From Gemmatimonadales bacterium (GTDB lineage: Bacteria; Gemmatimonadota; Gemmatimonadetes; Gemmatimonadales; GWC2-71-9), in the NCBI GenBank assembly GCA_039794085.1, contig JBDIWC010000008.1, positions 1-64,000 of the forward strand: DNA of 64,000 nt. Direction: 5' to 3'. This document shows positions 1 through 8,871 of this stretch, one piece after another. The notes under the pieces were generated by a model. It searched no databases, was not told the DNA's origin, and saw nothing but the letters and a program-made list of their open reading frames with translations. The stretch's first letter is position 1. Each line of letters opens with the position of its first letter. The position numbers were made by a program, and so were the translations under genes.

Positions 1-43
1 TCAGATCATAGCGCGTGTGCGGACCTGTACGGTAACGTTCCAT
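1..43 (-). CDS. tnpA: IS200/IS605 Y1 transposase TnpA, N-terminus only (runs off the window edge)
   Basis: ATG at 43 reads MERYRTGPHTRYDL, matching the YRxGxHxxYDL start of IS200-type TnpA; lies just inside a terminal hairpin. Confidence 0.7.
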   Translation of the reverse strand, partial: MERYRTGPHTRYDL

Positions 44-125
44 GCGACAGAGTTTAAGGCCATATTGTAAAACCTAAAGGTGTCGCCTGAAGGCGAGGGT
101 TTCAGACCCATCGCAGGGACAATGA
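1..125 (-). mobile_element. Left end of an IS200/IS605-family element
   Basis: Hairpins TCGCCTGAAGGCGA and GGGTTTCAGACCC at about 83-109, upstream of the tnpA start. Confidence 0.6.
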
Positions 126-134
126 TGTGGGACG

Positions 135-560
135 ATGCACTCTACCGTCTCACGATTCAGGCTGAACTTGACGACGCCCGCCGGGGCCCTAGTCCACGCC
201 GCTCTCGACCGTCCCGACGATGCCGTTGACGACACATTACGTTGGGCCTCGTGGTGGGGTGCGGGCTCCACGATCGATCCGATCCCGGGCGGGGGGATCG
301 TCATCCGGTACCCCGGAGGAATCGAGGTTCTCTCGTCACCATCCCGATGCGGCGGCACGGGGGGCTCCTCGATGGAGCCGTGGTGGACGGGGTCCTCTTC
401 CGGGACCGGTTCAGTCTGGTGGAAGGGCGTGCCGATCTCGATCCTCACCTCGCCGCCGTCCACCAGTTCATGCCGGGAATGACCCTCACGCGCCGGGGCG
501 CGGTACGCCATTGCCAGGGGACGGTCCTTGCCGATTGGGTCGCCGCCGGCCCCGGGCGGA
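135..560 (+). pseudogene. Fragmented SRPBCC/AHA1 plus SnoaL-like gene
   Basis: WASWWGAGSTIDPIPGGGIVIRYPGG in one frame and FRDRFSLVEGRADLDPHLAAVHQFMPG...VRHCQGTVLADW in another; no single intact ORF. Confidence 0.35.
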
Positions 561-588
561 GCCCTCCCTACTACCGGCGGCTCCCCCC

Positions 589-663
589 GTAGTTCAGCGC
601 CGGCGGCACGACCATGTTGAGTGCCGTCGCCGAGATCAGCCCGCCCAGGATCATGACGGCCAT
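589..663 (-). pseudogene. Orphan copy of the last TM helix of a CzcA/CusA RND permease
   Basis: Translates MAVMILGGLISATALNMVVPPALNY versus MAIVILGGLISATALNMVVLPALYW at 3996-4067. Confidence 0.75.
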
Positions 664-753
664 CAGGGTGTCGAGCAGGACCCGGCAATCATGCCAAGCT
701 CCGCATCCCCTGCACTGCCATTGTTAGGCGCACCGGACCGGTAGAAATCGCGC

Positions 754-1081
754 CTACTCCTCCCCTTCACCAGGAAGTCGCTGTTCCCATTCCCGCGGGT
801 CCCGCGCGAAGTGCATGCACGCGAGGATCACCACAGCGGAATCGTCGATCTCGTAGATGACCGCATACGGAAAACGCCGAAGTAGCACCCTCCGTGCCTC
901 CGCTTCGACGATCTGGTACAGCAGCGGGTTTTGGCGTGGCGGCGCGGTCGCAACGCGGAAGGCTCGCAGAAACTCCCGTCCGAGCCCGCGTTCGTGACTC
1001 TCATACCATCGGGCGGCTTCCTGAACGTCAACTTCAGCTTCCGGGCCGGATGACGAGCCGATATAGCGCCCGCGAGGTCAA
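754..1081 (-). pseudogene. RelE/ParE-family toxin, frameshifted near the 5' end
   Basis: TTG overlapping the antitoxin stop gives MTSRALYRLVIRP; a shift near 1045 then gives EAEVDVQEAARWYESHERGLGREFL...LRRFPYAVIYEIDDSAVVILACMHFARDPREW. Confidence 0.75.
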
Positions 1082-1314
1082 GGAAGGGTCGACTCGATGC
1101 GTTCGAGTGCTTCGTCGAGAGGAGAGGCTGATGCAGGATTCGCTCGGTGGCCGGCGGAGCGGCGCCGGATCTCCTTGCGCTGCGCTTGGCTGAGCGGAAG
1201 TGACTCAGGGCGAGCCTCCGCCTCCGACGCAATGCTATCCCACAGATCCTCAACGAGCTGTAGGCGCTCTTCAAGGCTTAGGTGAAGGAGGTCAGAGACT
1301 CGGATCGCGTCCAT
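1078..1314 (-). CDS. Addiction module antitoxin (TIGR02574-like)
   Basis: LSLEERLQLVEDLWDSI...LSQAQRKEIRRR motif; coupled to a ParE-like toxin. Confidence 0.85.
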   Translation of the reverse strand: MDAIRVSDLLHLSLEERLQLVEDLWDSIASEAEARPESLPLSQAQRKEIRRRSAGHRANPASASPLDEALERIESTLP

Positions 1315-1398
1315 GCACCAAACCTAGCACCGACGCACCTCGGTATTCAAGGTGGGCAGTGGAGCGCACGGCGCGGCACCTCGAATTCGCGTCGAACT

Positions 1399-2195
1399 TA
1401 TAACTTATCCTAACACATAGTTATGTTTCCATGTCAGGGTAAACTCCCCTCAGGCATGGAGCGGCGGCATGCATTCATGGGAAGTGTCGGATGCGCTATG
1501 GAGGCGGGTGAAACCCTTGCTTCCGAAGCCAAAGGCGTCGTGTCGGAGGTGGGGACGGACGAAGAAACCGGGCGGTGGGCGTCCCCGGATCTCTGATCAG
1601 AGGGTGTTTGCCGGAATCCTCTATGTTCTGCGCACGGGCTGTCAGTGGAAAGCGGCTCCGAAGGAATATGGAAGCGGAAGCACTTTGCACCTTCGCTTCC
1701 AGCAATGGGAGCGGGCAGGGGTCTGGAAACGCCTCTGGAAAGCTGGGCTGGCCGAATATGATGAATTGGCAGGCATTGCCTGGCGTTGGCAGTCGGCGGA
1801 CAGCTCCTCGGGGAAAGCGCCGCTGGGCGGGGAAGCCACGGGGCCCAATCCCACGGATCGGGGGAAAAAAAGGCGTGAAACGTCACGTCCTCACGGACGG
1901 GCGTGGGGTCCCGCTTTCCCTCGTCGTCACCGGAGCCAACGTGCACGACCAGAAGGGGCTTGAGCCGCTGCTGCGCCGGATGGTGATCCGGCGCCCGAAA
2001 CCGGTTCCCGGCCGCCCGCAGACCCTCTGCCTGGACAAAGGATACGACAGTTCTCGATGCCGGAAGCTGTTGTTGCGGAGGGGATACAGGGACGGGATCA
2101 AGTGCCGCGGGGCAGAGAAGGCAGAGAAGCAGAGGGATCCCAGGAAGCGGGCCCGCCGATGGGTGGTGGAGAGAACCCATTCCTGGATAACCAGG
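1399..2195 (+). mobile_element. IS5-family insertion sequence, 3'-truncated
   Basis: Probable IRL near 1399-1414; ILYVLRTGCQWKAAP, GGEATGPNPTDRGK, DKGYD and RWVVERTHSW motifs; similarity stops abruptly near 2190. Confidence 0.8.
1469..2195 (+). pseudogene. IS5 transposase (two frames joined by a -1 frameshift), C-terminally truncated
   Basis: ORFs 1469-1963 and 1575-2291 overlap at GGGGAAAAAAA (1861-1871); the expected LNRFRRL tail is missing. Confidence 0.8.
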
Positions 2196-2265
2196 GCCTC
2201 CCATAAAATGACCACGCTGTTGCGACTCGCTCCGACCCAGGCGAGCGCGCAGCGAACGGAGTTCA

Positions 2266-2328
2266 GGTGCGTCAACTGGCCCGCTTGGTGATCCCCGACC
2301 CCCGGACCGCCGCCGCCACGGCCCGCTG
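2266..2328 (-). pseudogene. Short integron-integrase/tyrosine recombinase fragment
   Basis: QRAVAAAVRGSGITKRAS*RT resembles the intI segment QRAVxxAVRxAGIxKRAxCHT (compare [16 protein letters not shown] at about 31770-31820). Confidence 0.5.
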
Positions 2329-2437
2329 ACCTTCGAGCTGCCGCGGCGTCAACCGCTCCCTGCCGAGCCGGGGCGTGAGCCCGGGACAAGCAACACCCCC
2401 CCGGGCTACGAGCCCACGCGAGCCACCAGTACGCGCC

Positions 2438-2483
2438 GTCAAGATCCCTCGCCGTCGCCTTCCGGCGACGTCTCGGGATGACA
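2438..2483. repeat. REP-like palindromic hairpin
   Basis: GATCCCTCG-CCGTCGCC-TTCC-GGCGACG-TCTCGGGATGAC imperfect inverted repeat downstream of the MFS gene. Confidence 0.4.
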
Positions 2484-2544
2484 CACCGGGATCCTGCCTG
2501 CCATTTCACCGAGCCATTCCAAGCCACTACCGACCGAGCCCGAC

Positions 2545-3741
2545 CTACCGTGGCTCCGTGTCAGAGTCCCGCGGCAGAGCCCAGGCGAGCACTGCCATCA
2601 GCGCAAACATCACGATCAGGAAGAACAGTGCTGTCCTGGCCGTCCCGCCGAGGCTCAAACCGATCGCCAGGAGGGGCGGCCCGAGCGCGGTGGCGCCGTT
2701 GCGGACCGCCGTCACGGTGCCCTTGAGGCGGCCCAGGATCTCCACCCCGAAGTAGTGAGACCAGATCAACCCGTTTGCACCGCTGGCCAGACCGCTCGCG
2801 AACCCGATCGCGCCGCTGAACACTGGCCAGGACAGGTTCGGGAGCAGGGCGCTGCCGATCGCGGCGAGGGCGGCGAGGGCCGCAAGACGGAACCCCCACC
2901 GTGGGCTCCAGCGATCCAGCAACGCACCGGCGACGACCGTGCCAAACACCCCGCCAACGGCGAACACCGCCAGTGCGCCCGGAACGGCGCCTGCCCCCCA
3001 GCCCAATCGCTCGAACAGCGCAATCTGATGAAAGAGCACGCCGGTGATGGCCAGGGGAGGGATCGCCGAGGCGCCGAGCGCCGTCAGGAAGGTCGAGTTG
3101 CGGAGCACGATCCGCATCGTCCAACGCGTGGTGGTGTCACCCGAGGGGGCTCCGGCAGTGCCGGGGACAGCAGCGGGGGGCTCCGGCCGGATCAACCCGC
3201 GCAACCCCAGGAACACCACCGTCACATAGACCACCGCGAGGACTTGCAGCGAGGAGCGCCAGCCCAGCGCAGCGATGCTGGCGGCAAGCAGGACGGGAAA
3301 GATCATCTCGCCCACCGGGTAGCCGAGCGAAGCCACGGCCAGCGCCTTGGCCCGATGGTATGGGTAGAGCCGCGACACCCCGGTAATGGTGGAGAGCCCG
3401 ATCGCGCCCTGGCCGAAGAGGCGCAGGCCAATGAGGGCGACGACAAGCCCCACGGGGCCCGAGACAAGCGACAGCCCGGCAAGCGAAAGGCCCAACAGTG
3501 CGACGGCTCCGGGAATCATCCGCCGGGAGGGCCAGCGGTCCGCAAAGGAGCCGATAACGGGGAGGGCTGCGGCCGCCAGCAGCGTCGCCAGGCCGTACAG
3601 CGCCGACAGCACCGTCCGGGAGACCGGCAGCTCGGCCAGGATCGGCTCGACATAAAAGGCGATCCCGAAGGACTGCCCAGGAGACGACAGAGCGGCCGCG
3701 AGCAGGCCCGCCACCACGAGGCGGTGACGTGGGTCCGTCAC
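2545..3741 (-). CDS. MFS transporter
   Basis: About 12 hydrophobic segments; SSPGQSFGIAFY and GSFADRWPSR MFS motifs; GTG start chosen at 3741. Confidence 0.85.
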   Translation of the reverse strand: MTDPRHRLVVAGLLAAALSSPGQSFGIAFYVEPILAELPVSRTVLSALYGLATLLAAAALPVIGSFADRWPSRRMIPGAVALLGLSLAGLSLVSGPVGLVVALIGLRLFGQGAIGLSTITGVSRLYPYHRAKALAVASLGYPVGEMIFPVLLAASIAALGWRSSLQVLAVVYVTVVFLGLRGLIRPEPPAAVPGTAGAPSGDTTTRWTMRIVLRNSTFLTALGASAIPPLAITGVLFHQIALFERLGWGAGAVPGALAVFAVGGVFGTVVAGALLDRWSPRWGFRLAALAALAAIGSALLPNLSWPVFSGAIGFASGLASGANGLIWSHYFGVEILGRLKGTVTAVRNGATALGPPLLAIGLSLGGTARTALFFLIVMFALMAVLAWALPRDSDTEPR

Positions 3742-3899
3742 GTTCGGCGCGTGCAGCACGCAGGGCCAACCACGGTCAGCTCTTCCTGCCACTCGGCCCG
3801 CGACAGCGCCGTCTCCCGCACCAGCCAGATCAGCGCCATTGCCTCAAAGAGCAGCAACACGCCCAATGTGAGGCGGCACGGCCATGGTCGGTCGGGCCG

Positions 3900-6800
3900 T
3901 CATGCCAGCGTCGACACCCTGGCGCCCGCAGGCTCCAGCCAGTCCGGCGCCTCCCGCTCCTCAGCCGAGAGTACGGTTTGCTCCCCATACAGCCAGTACA
4001 GGGCCGGCAGCACCACCATGTTGAGCGCCGTTGCCGAGATGAGGCCGCCCAGAATCACGATCGCCATCGGCGTCTGAAGCTCATTGCCCGGTTTTCCGCC
4101 ACCGAGTGCGAGCGGAAGCAGCGCGAGTCCGGCGGTGAGTGCCGTCATCAGGATCGGGGAGAGCCGCTCGAGCGATCCCCGGACCACGGCCTCCTGGAAC
4201 GGGACTCCTTCGGCCAGCAGATGCCGGTAATGGGCGACCAGCAGAATGCCGTTCCGGGTCGCGATTCCAAAGAGCGTCACAAAACCGACGAGCGAGGCGA
4301 TGCTCACGACACCTCCCGTCAGCAGCACCGCGACGACACCTCCGATCAACGCCAGCGGCAGGTTTGCCATGACGAGGGCCGCGGTGCGCCCGGAGCGGAA
4401 CTCAGCGTAGAGGATGAGGAAGATCATCACGATCGAGAGCAGGGACAGAGCACCGATGACCCGGGTCGCCTCGTTCTGGCTCTCGAACTGGCCTCCGTAG
4501 ACGATATGGTACCCGGGCGGCAGGGTCACCTGTTCGGCGACGACCTCCTGGATCTCGGCCACCGTACTGCCCAGGTCGCGGCCCGCCACGTTCGCCTGCA
4601 CCACGATCTTGCGCTGCACATTCTCACGGGAAATGATGTTCGGGCCCCGCGTCACCGTCACGGTCGCGAGCTGGGAGAGGGGAACCCGCTGCCCGGTCGG
4701 GGTGTCGAACATGACGCCCGCGATCGTCTCGGCATTCCCTCGCAGCTCCGGAGGGAAGCGGACGACGAGATCGTAGCTCCGTCCCTCCTCCAGCACCTGG
4801 GAGACGACCTCCCCGTTGAATGCCACGTCGATGGCCTCGGCGAGATGCCCCACGGTCATGCCGTAGTGCGCCATGGCGCCTCGGTTCGCAAGGATCTGGA
4901 GTTGCGGCACGTCCATCTGCTGTTCCAGCTGCAGGTCCACCACGCCCGCCACGCCCTGGATCGCGTCCCGCACCCGAGCCCCTACCTGTCGCAGTTCGTA
5001 GAGGTCGGGCCCGAAGATCTTGACCGCGATGTTGGCCCGGGTACCCGAGAGCATGTGGTCGATCCGGTGGCCGATCGGCTGCCCGATGGTCACGTTGGTG
5101 CCTGGAATGGCCGAGAACTCACGCCGGAGCTCCTCGAAGAGTAATTCCTTCCGGATGCCCTCCTTGAGCGTGACGTCGATCTCCGCGGCGTTGACCCCTT
5201 GGGCATGCTCGTCGAGTTCGGCACGGCCCTGGCGTCGGTCGGTGTTCTCCACCGCGGGGTTGGCGAGGAGGATCTGTTCCACCCGTCGCCCGATCGCGCC
5301 GGACTCCGCGAGCGACGTCCCCGGCACGGTGACGACTGACACCGTGAGCGCGCCCTCGTTGAACTCCGGGAGAAAGGACGAGCCGAGCAGCGGGATGGTT
5401 GCCAGGGTCGCGACCAGTACCACGACGGCCGCGGCGAGCACCTGACGGGGCCGATGGAGCACCCGGTCGAGGGTCCGGGCGTACCGTTCCTTGAGCCAGC
5501 GCACCAGCCGGCTCTCCCGCTCCTCCTGCACGGCCCTGGCGTTGGGCAGCAGGTAGGCGCACAGCACCGGCGTCACCGTCACCGCGACGAGCAGCGAAGC
5601 CAGAATCGCCACGACATACGCGAAGCCGAGCGGCTGGAGCAGCCGGCCCTCGACCCCGCTCAGGAAGAACAGCGGCAGGAAGACGACGATGATGATGAGC
5701 GTGGCGTTGACGATCGACGCCCGGATCTCACGGGAGGCCTGGTAGATCACCGGGAGGGCGGGCCGACGCCGGTCGGCAGGCAGGTGGTGGTTCTCCTTGA
5801 GCCGCCGGAACACGTTCTCGACGTCGATGATCGCGTCGTCCACCAGGGCGCCGATCGCGATGGCCATGCCGCCCAGGGTCATGGTGTTGATGGTGATTCC
5901 GAGGAGTTTCATGGCGAAGATCGCGACGACCAGCGAGAGCGGAATCGCCACGACGGAGATCGCGGTGGTGCGGAAACTCCAGAGGAAGAGAAACAGGATC
6001 ACCACCACGAGAATGGCGCCGTCGCGCAGCGCCTCGAGGACGTTCTCGATGGCCACCGTGATGAAGCTCGCCTGACGGAAGAGATCCGACCGGATGACCA
6101 TCCCCTCCGGCAGGGTTCGTTGGACGTCGGCGAGCTCGGCCTCGATCCGCCGGGTAAGCTCCAGGGTGTTCGCTCCCGGCTGCTTCTGCACCGCCAGCAC
6201 CACCCCGGGCTCGGCGTTGACGGACCCTTCACCGAACCTGGGTGCGGCGGCCACGACCACATCCGCCACCTGGCTCAGCAGCACCGGTACCCCGCCCCGG
6301 ACGGCCACCACGGTCCGGGCGATGTCCTCGACGTGCTGCACCCTGCCGATGCCGCGGATCACATACTCCTGGCCACGATCCATGTAGACGCCACCCGACG
6401 CGTTCCGGTTCGAGCCCGCGGCGGCACCGAGCACCTCCTGCAGCGTCACATGCGTGGCGAGCATTCTGGCCGGGTCGGGATGGACCTGGTACTGCTTGAC
6501 CTCCCCCCCGATGGGAATCACCTGCGCCACTCCCGGCACGGCCAGAAGCCGGCGCCGCAGGGTCCAGTCCGCCACCGTCCGGAGCTCCTGTGGTGACTGC
6601 GTCCCGGTGAGGCCGATCATCATGATCTCGCCCATGACCGAGGAGACCGGCGCCAGTACCGGTGGGCTGATTCCGGCCGGCAGGCCTCCGGCCACGGTCT
6701 GGAGCTTTTCGCTCACGATCTGGCGGGCCCGAAAGATGTCGACGCCCCACTCGAATTCCACCCAGACCACCGAGATGCCCTGGGCCGTCGAGGAGCGCAC

Positions 6801-7043
6801 TCGCCGGACGCCGGTGGCACCGTTCACGGTCGTTTCGATCGGGAAGGAGACCAGCGCCTCGATCTCCTCCGGCGCCATGCCATGCGCCTCGGTCAGCACG
6901 GTGACGGTCGGTGCGGTAAGGTCGGGGAAGACGTCCACGGGCATCCGCGACGCCGTCCAGGAGCCCGCCACCAAAAGGATGGCAGCCGCGGCGAGCACCA
7001 GGACACGGTTGCGGAGCGACCACGCGATGAGGTTGTTCAGCAT
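3900..7043 (-). CDS. czcA: CusA/CzcA-family heavy-metal RND efflux permease
   Basis: 1047 aa; PVDVFPDL, IGALVDDAIIDVEN and ERLSPILMTAL motifs. Confidence 0.93.
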   Translation of the reverse strand: MLNNLIAWSLRNRVLVLAAAAILLVAGSWTASRMPVDVFPDLTAPTVTVLTEAHGMAPEEIEALVSFPIETTVNGATGVRRVRSSTAQGISVVWVEFEWGVDIFRARQIVSEKLQTVAGGLPAGISPPVLAPVSSVMGEIMMIGLTGTQSPQELRTVADWTLRRRLLAVPGVAQVIPIGGEVKQYQVHPDPARMLATHVTLQEVLGAAAGSNRNASGGVYMDRGQEYVIRGIGRVQHVEDIARTVVAVRGGVPVLLSQVADVVVAAAPRFGEGSVNAEPGVVLAVQKQPGANTLELTRRIEAELADVQRTLPEGMVIRSDLFRQASFITVAIENVLEALRDGAILVVVILFLFLWSFRTTAISVVAIPLSLVVAIFAMKLLGITINTMTLGGMAIAIGALVDDAIIDVENVFRRLKENHHLPADRRRPALPVIYQASREIRASIVNATLIIIVVFLPLFFLSGVEGRLLQPLGFAYVVAILASLLVAVTVTPVLCAYLLPNARAVQEERESRLVRWLKERYARTLDRVLHRPRQVLAAAVVVLVATLATIPLLGSSFLPEFNEGALTVSVVTVPGTSLAESGAIGRRVEQILLANPAVENTDRRQGRAELDEHAQGVNAAEIDVTLKEGIRKELLFEELRREFSAIPGTNVTIGQPIGHRIDHMLSGTRANIAVKIFGPDLYELRQVGARVRDAIQGVAGVVDLQLEQQMDVPQLQILANRGAMAHYGMTVGHLAEAIDVAFNGEVVSQVLEEGRSYDLVVRFPPELRGNAETIAGVMFDTPTGQRVPLSQLATVTVTRGPNIISRENVQRKIVVQANVAGRDLGSTVAEIQEVVAEQVTLPPGYHIVYGGQFESQNEATRVIGALSLLSIVMIFLILYAEFRSGRTAALVMANLPLALIGGVVAVLLTGGVVSIASLVGFVTLFGIATRNGILLVAHYRHLLAEGVPFQEAVVRGSLERLSPILMTALTAGLALLPLALGGGKPGNELQTPMAIVILGGLISATALNMVVLPALYWLYGEQTVLSAEEREAPDWLEPAGARVSTLA

Positions 7044-7053
7044 GATCGCTCCT

Positions 7054-7340
7054 GGTGCGGTTCCAACCTAATGGCACCAGTTAGGGCCAAGCATGACGCA
7101 AGCCGAGTCCGGAGATCGCGCCCTTTTCCGGGGCTGAAGCCCCGGCTCGGCACCTTCGGCGACAGGTCCTGAAGGACTGGCGGTGGCATCTGCCTTTCAA
7201 GGCCCGTCGGGCGGAGCCCGCCGAGCCCGGCTTTCAAGCCGGGGACCGTGGAGGACTTCTCGTCAGGCGCGCTCAACAGCACGGATGTGTAGTGCACTCG
7301 GCAATACCTCCCTTCGGCGGAAAAAGTTGGAACGCCACCT
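7054..7340. mobile_element. MITE-like insertion carrying REP-type hairpins between czcB and czcA
   Basis: Imperfect terminal IRs 7054-7069 and 7324-7339 (13/16 match); four internal palindromes with TGAA/TTCA loops; removal restores stop-RBS-ATG coupling. Confidence 0.6.
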
Positions 7341-8871
7341 AGTGCTCGTGGCCGTGTTCGGGAACGCTGGTCGACAGCGAGGCGAGACGCACCTGGTACG
7401 CGGCGCCGGTGACGACCCGCTCGCCCGCCACGATGCCCGAGAGCACGAGGGTGCGGGTCCCACTGCTGCCGCCGAGCTGAAGGACGCGCTTTTCGAACAG
7501 TTCCCCCTCCAGTTGTACGTAGGCGATGGATCGCCCGTCCTCGTCGAGCACCGCGGTGGAGGGGATCACCACCCCGTCGACCTGGCGGCCGGTCCCGACG
7601 GCGACCTGCGCGTTCATGCCGACTTTGAGCGCCCGGTCGGGGTTGGGCACCTCGTAGATCACCGGCACGGTGCGCGAGACCGAGTCGATCACGCTCCCGA
7701 CCGACACCGTCCGGCGCACCCGCCATGCCGCGTCACTTCCGGGTATCCGGAAGCTGGCTTCGCCCTCCGCACTCACCCGCGCCGCCTCGGCCGCGGGCAC
7801 GTTGGCCTGGACCCAGAGGACGGACGGGTCCACTACGGTGAACAGTTCCGCGCCGGCCTCGACCCGGCTCCCGAGCGCCACGGTACGTGAGGCCACGACG
7901 CCGCTCAGTGGCGCGCGGATCGCAATCCGACCGTCCTCCCGTGCAACCGCGCTCCCCCCGAATGCCGTGAGGGCCTCGCGGGCCGCTCCCAGCCGGATCG
8001 TGGCCTCGTGGAGCCGTCGCTCCGGGATTGCCTCGACGGCGAAGAGTCGGGTCGCCCGGGCGTGCTCGTCCTCGGCCTCGCGGAGTTCGGCACGAGCCCG
8101 GGAGTATGCGCTCCCCGCTTCACCGAGCGCCGGCGTCAGCACGGCCAGCAGCTGCCCACTGGTCACTCGCTGCCCCGGTGCCGGGGACTGGGCCAGGCCA
8201 CTGGCCTCGACTATCCCTGCCACCGGGGCCGAGATGCGGGCCATGCGGCCGGCGGCGGGGATGATCTGGCCGGACGCCTGGAACGACTCCGTCACCTGGC
8301 CCATGGCGGCGAAGGCTGTGGCGAACCCCGGCGTTTTCCACTGCTGCTCCTTGAGGAAGCTGATGCCACCCGCGTCACCGCCCTCGTCTCTGGGCGCCTC
8401 CTCCACCGTGCGGTACACGATCAGCCCCGGCACCACGAGGACGTCATGCACCTGCGGACTCTCGACGGTGATCGTGAGATCATAGATTCCGGACTGCGTG
8501 AATTCCGGCGAGGGACCATAGATGCCGGGTGAGCGTGGCGCCTCCTGGACGACGACCAGGGGCTCGCCCCCGGCCTTCGGTTCGAACCGCAGCGTGATGC
8601 GACCGGAGCGCAGTGGCGCGAAGTCCGTGAGATCGGTCAGGTGCACGGCGAACTTGTCGGGGGCACCGACGATCAGGGCCGGGTGCTCCATGAAGAGCTC
8701 GGTCGAGTCGGTCCAGAGGGTCACCGCACCACCGGCCGACTCGGCGGCTCCGTCCCCCGCAGCGCCTCCCTCCTGGGAGTCCGGGCCGCAGCCGTTGAGG
8801 AGAGCCGCTCCGAGAAGGAACACCACGAGGGGTCTGGTCCGCTGGGAAATGGATGGCATGGGGTTCCTCAC
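7339..8871 (-). CDS. czcB: RND efflux periplasmic adaptor (CzcB/CusB-like), probable lipoprotein
   Basis: Lipobox LNGC; IRAPLSGVV and IPSTAVLDEDG MFP motifs; C-terminal HGHEH. Confidence 0.9.
   Translation of the reverse strand: MRNPMPSISQRTRPLVVFLLGAALLNGCGPDSQEGGAAGDGAAESAGGAVTLWTDSTELFMEHPALIVGAPDKFAVHLTDLTDFAPLRSGRITLRFEPKAGGEPLVVVQEAPRSPGIYGPSPEFTQSGIYDLTITVESPQVHDVLVVPGLIVYRTVEEAPRDEGGDAGGISFLKEQQWKTPGFATAFAAMGQVTESFQASGQIIPAAGRMARISAPVAGIVEASGLAQSPAPGQRVTSGQLLAVLTPALGEAGSAYSRARAELREAEDEHARATRLFAVEAIPERRLHEATIRLGAAREALTAFGGSAVAREDGRIAIRAPLSGVVASRTVALGSRVEAGAELFTVVDPSVLWVQANVPAAEAARVSAEGEASFRIPGSDAAWRVRRTVSVGSVIDSVSRTVPVIYEVPNPDRALKVGMNAQVAVGTGRQVDGVVIPSTAVLDEDGRSIAYVQLEGELFEKRVLQLGGSSGTRTLVLSGIVAGERVVTGAAYQVRLASLSTSVPEHGHEH

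Noticed and set aside
1408..1414. TCCTAAC as the R'' of an attC closing the TA cassette
   Set aside because: No L boxes or R' follow; it fits better as part of the IS5 left inverted repeat
7037..7726. ORFs spanning the czcB-czcA gap
   Set aside because: They run through the palindromic insert and overlap real genes out of frame
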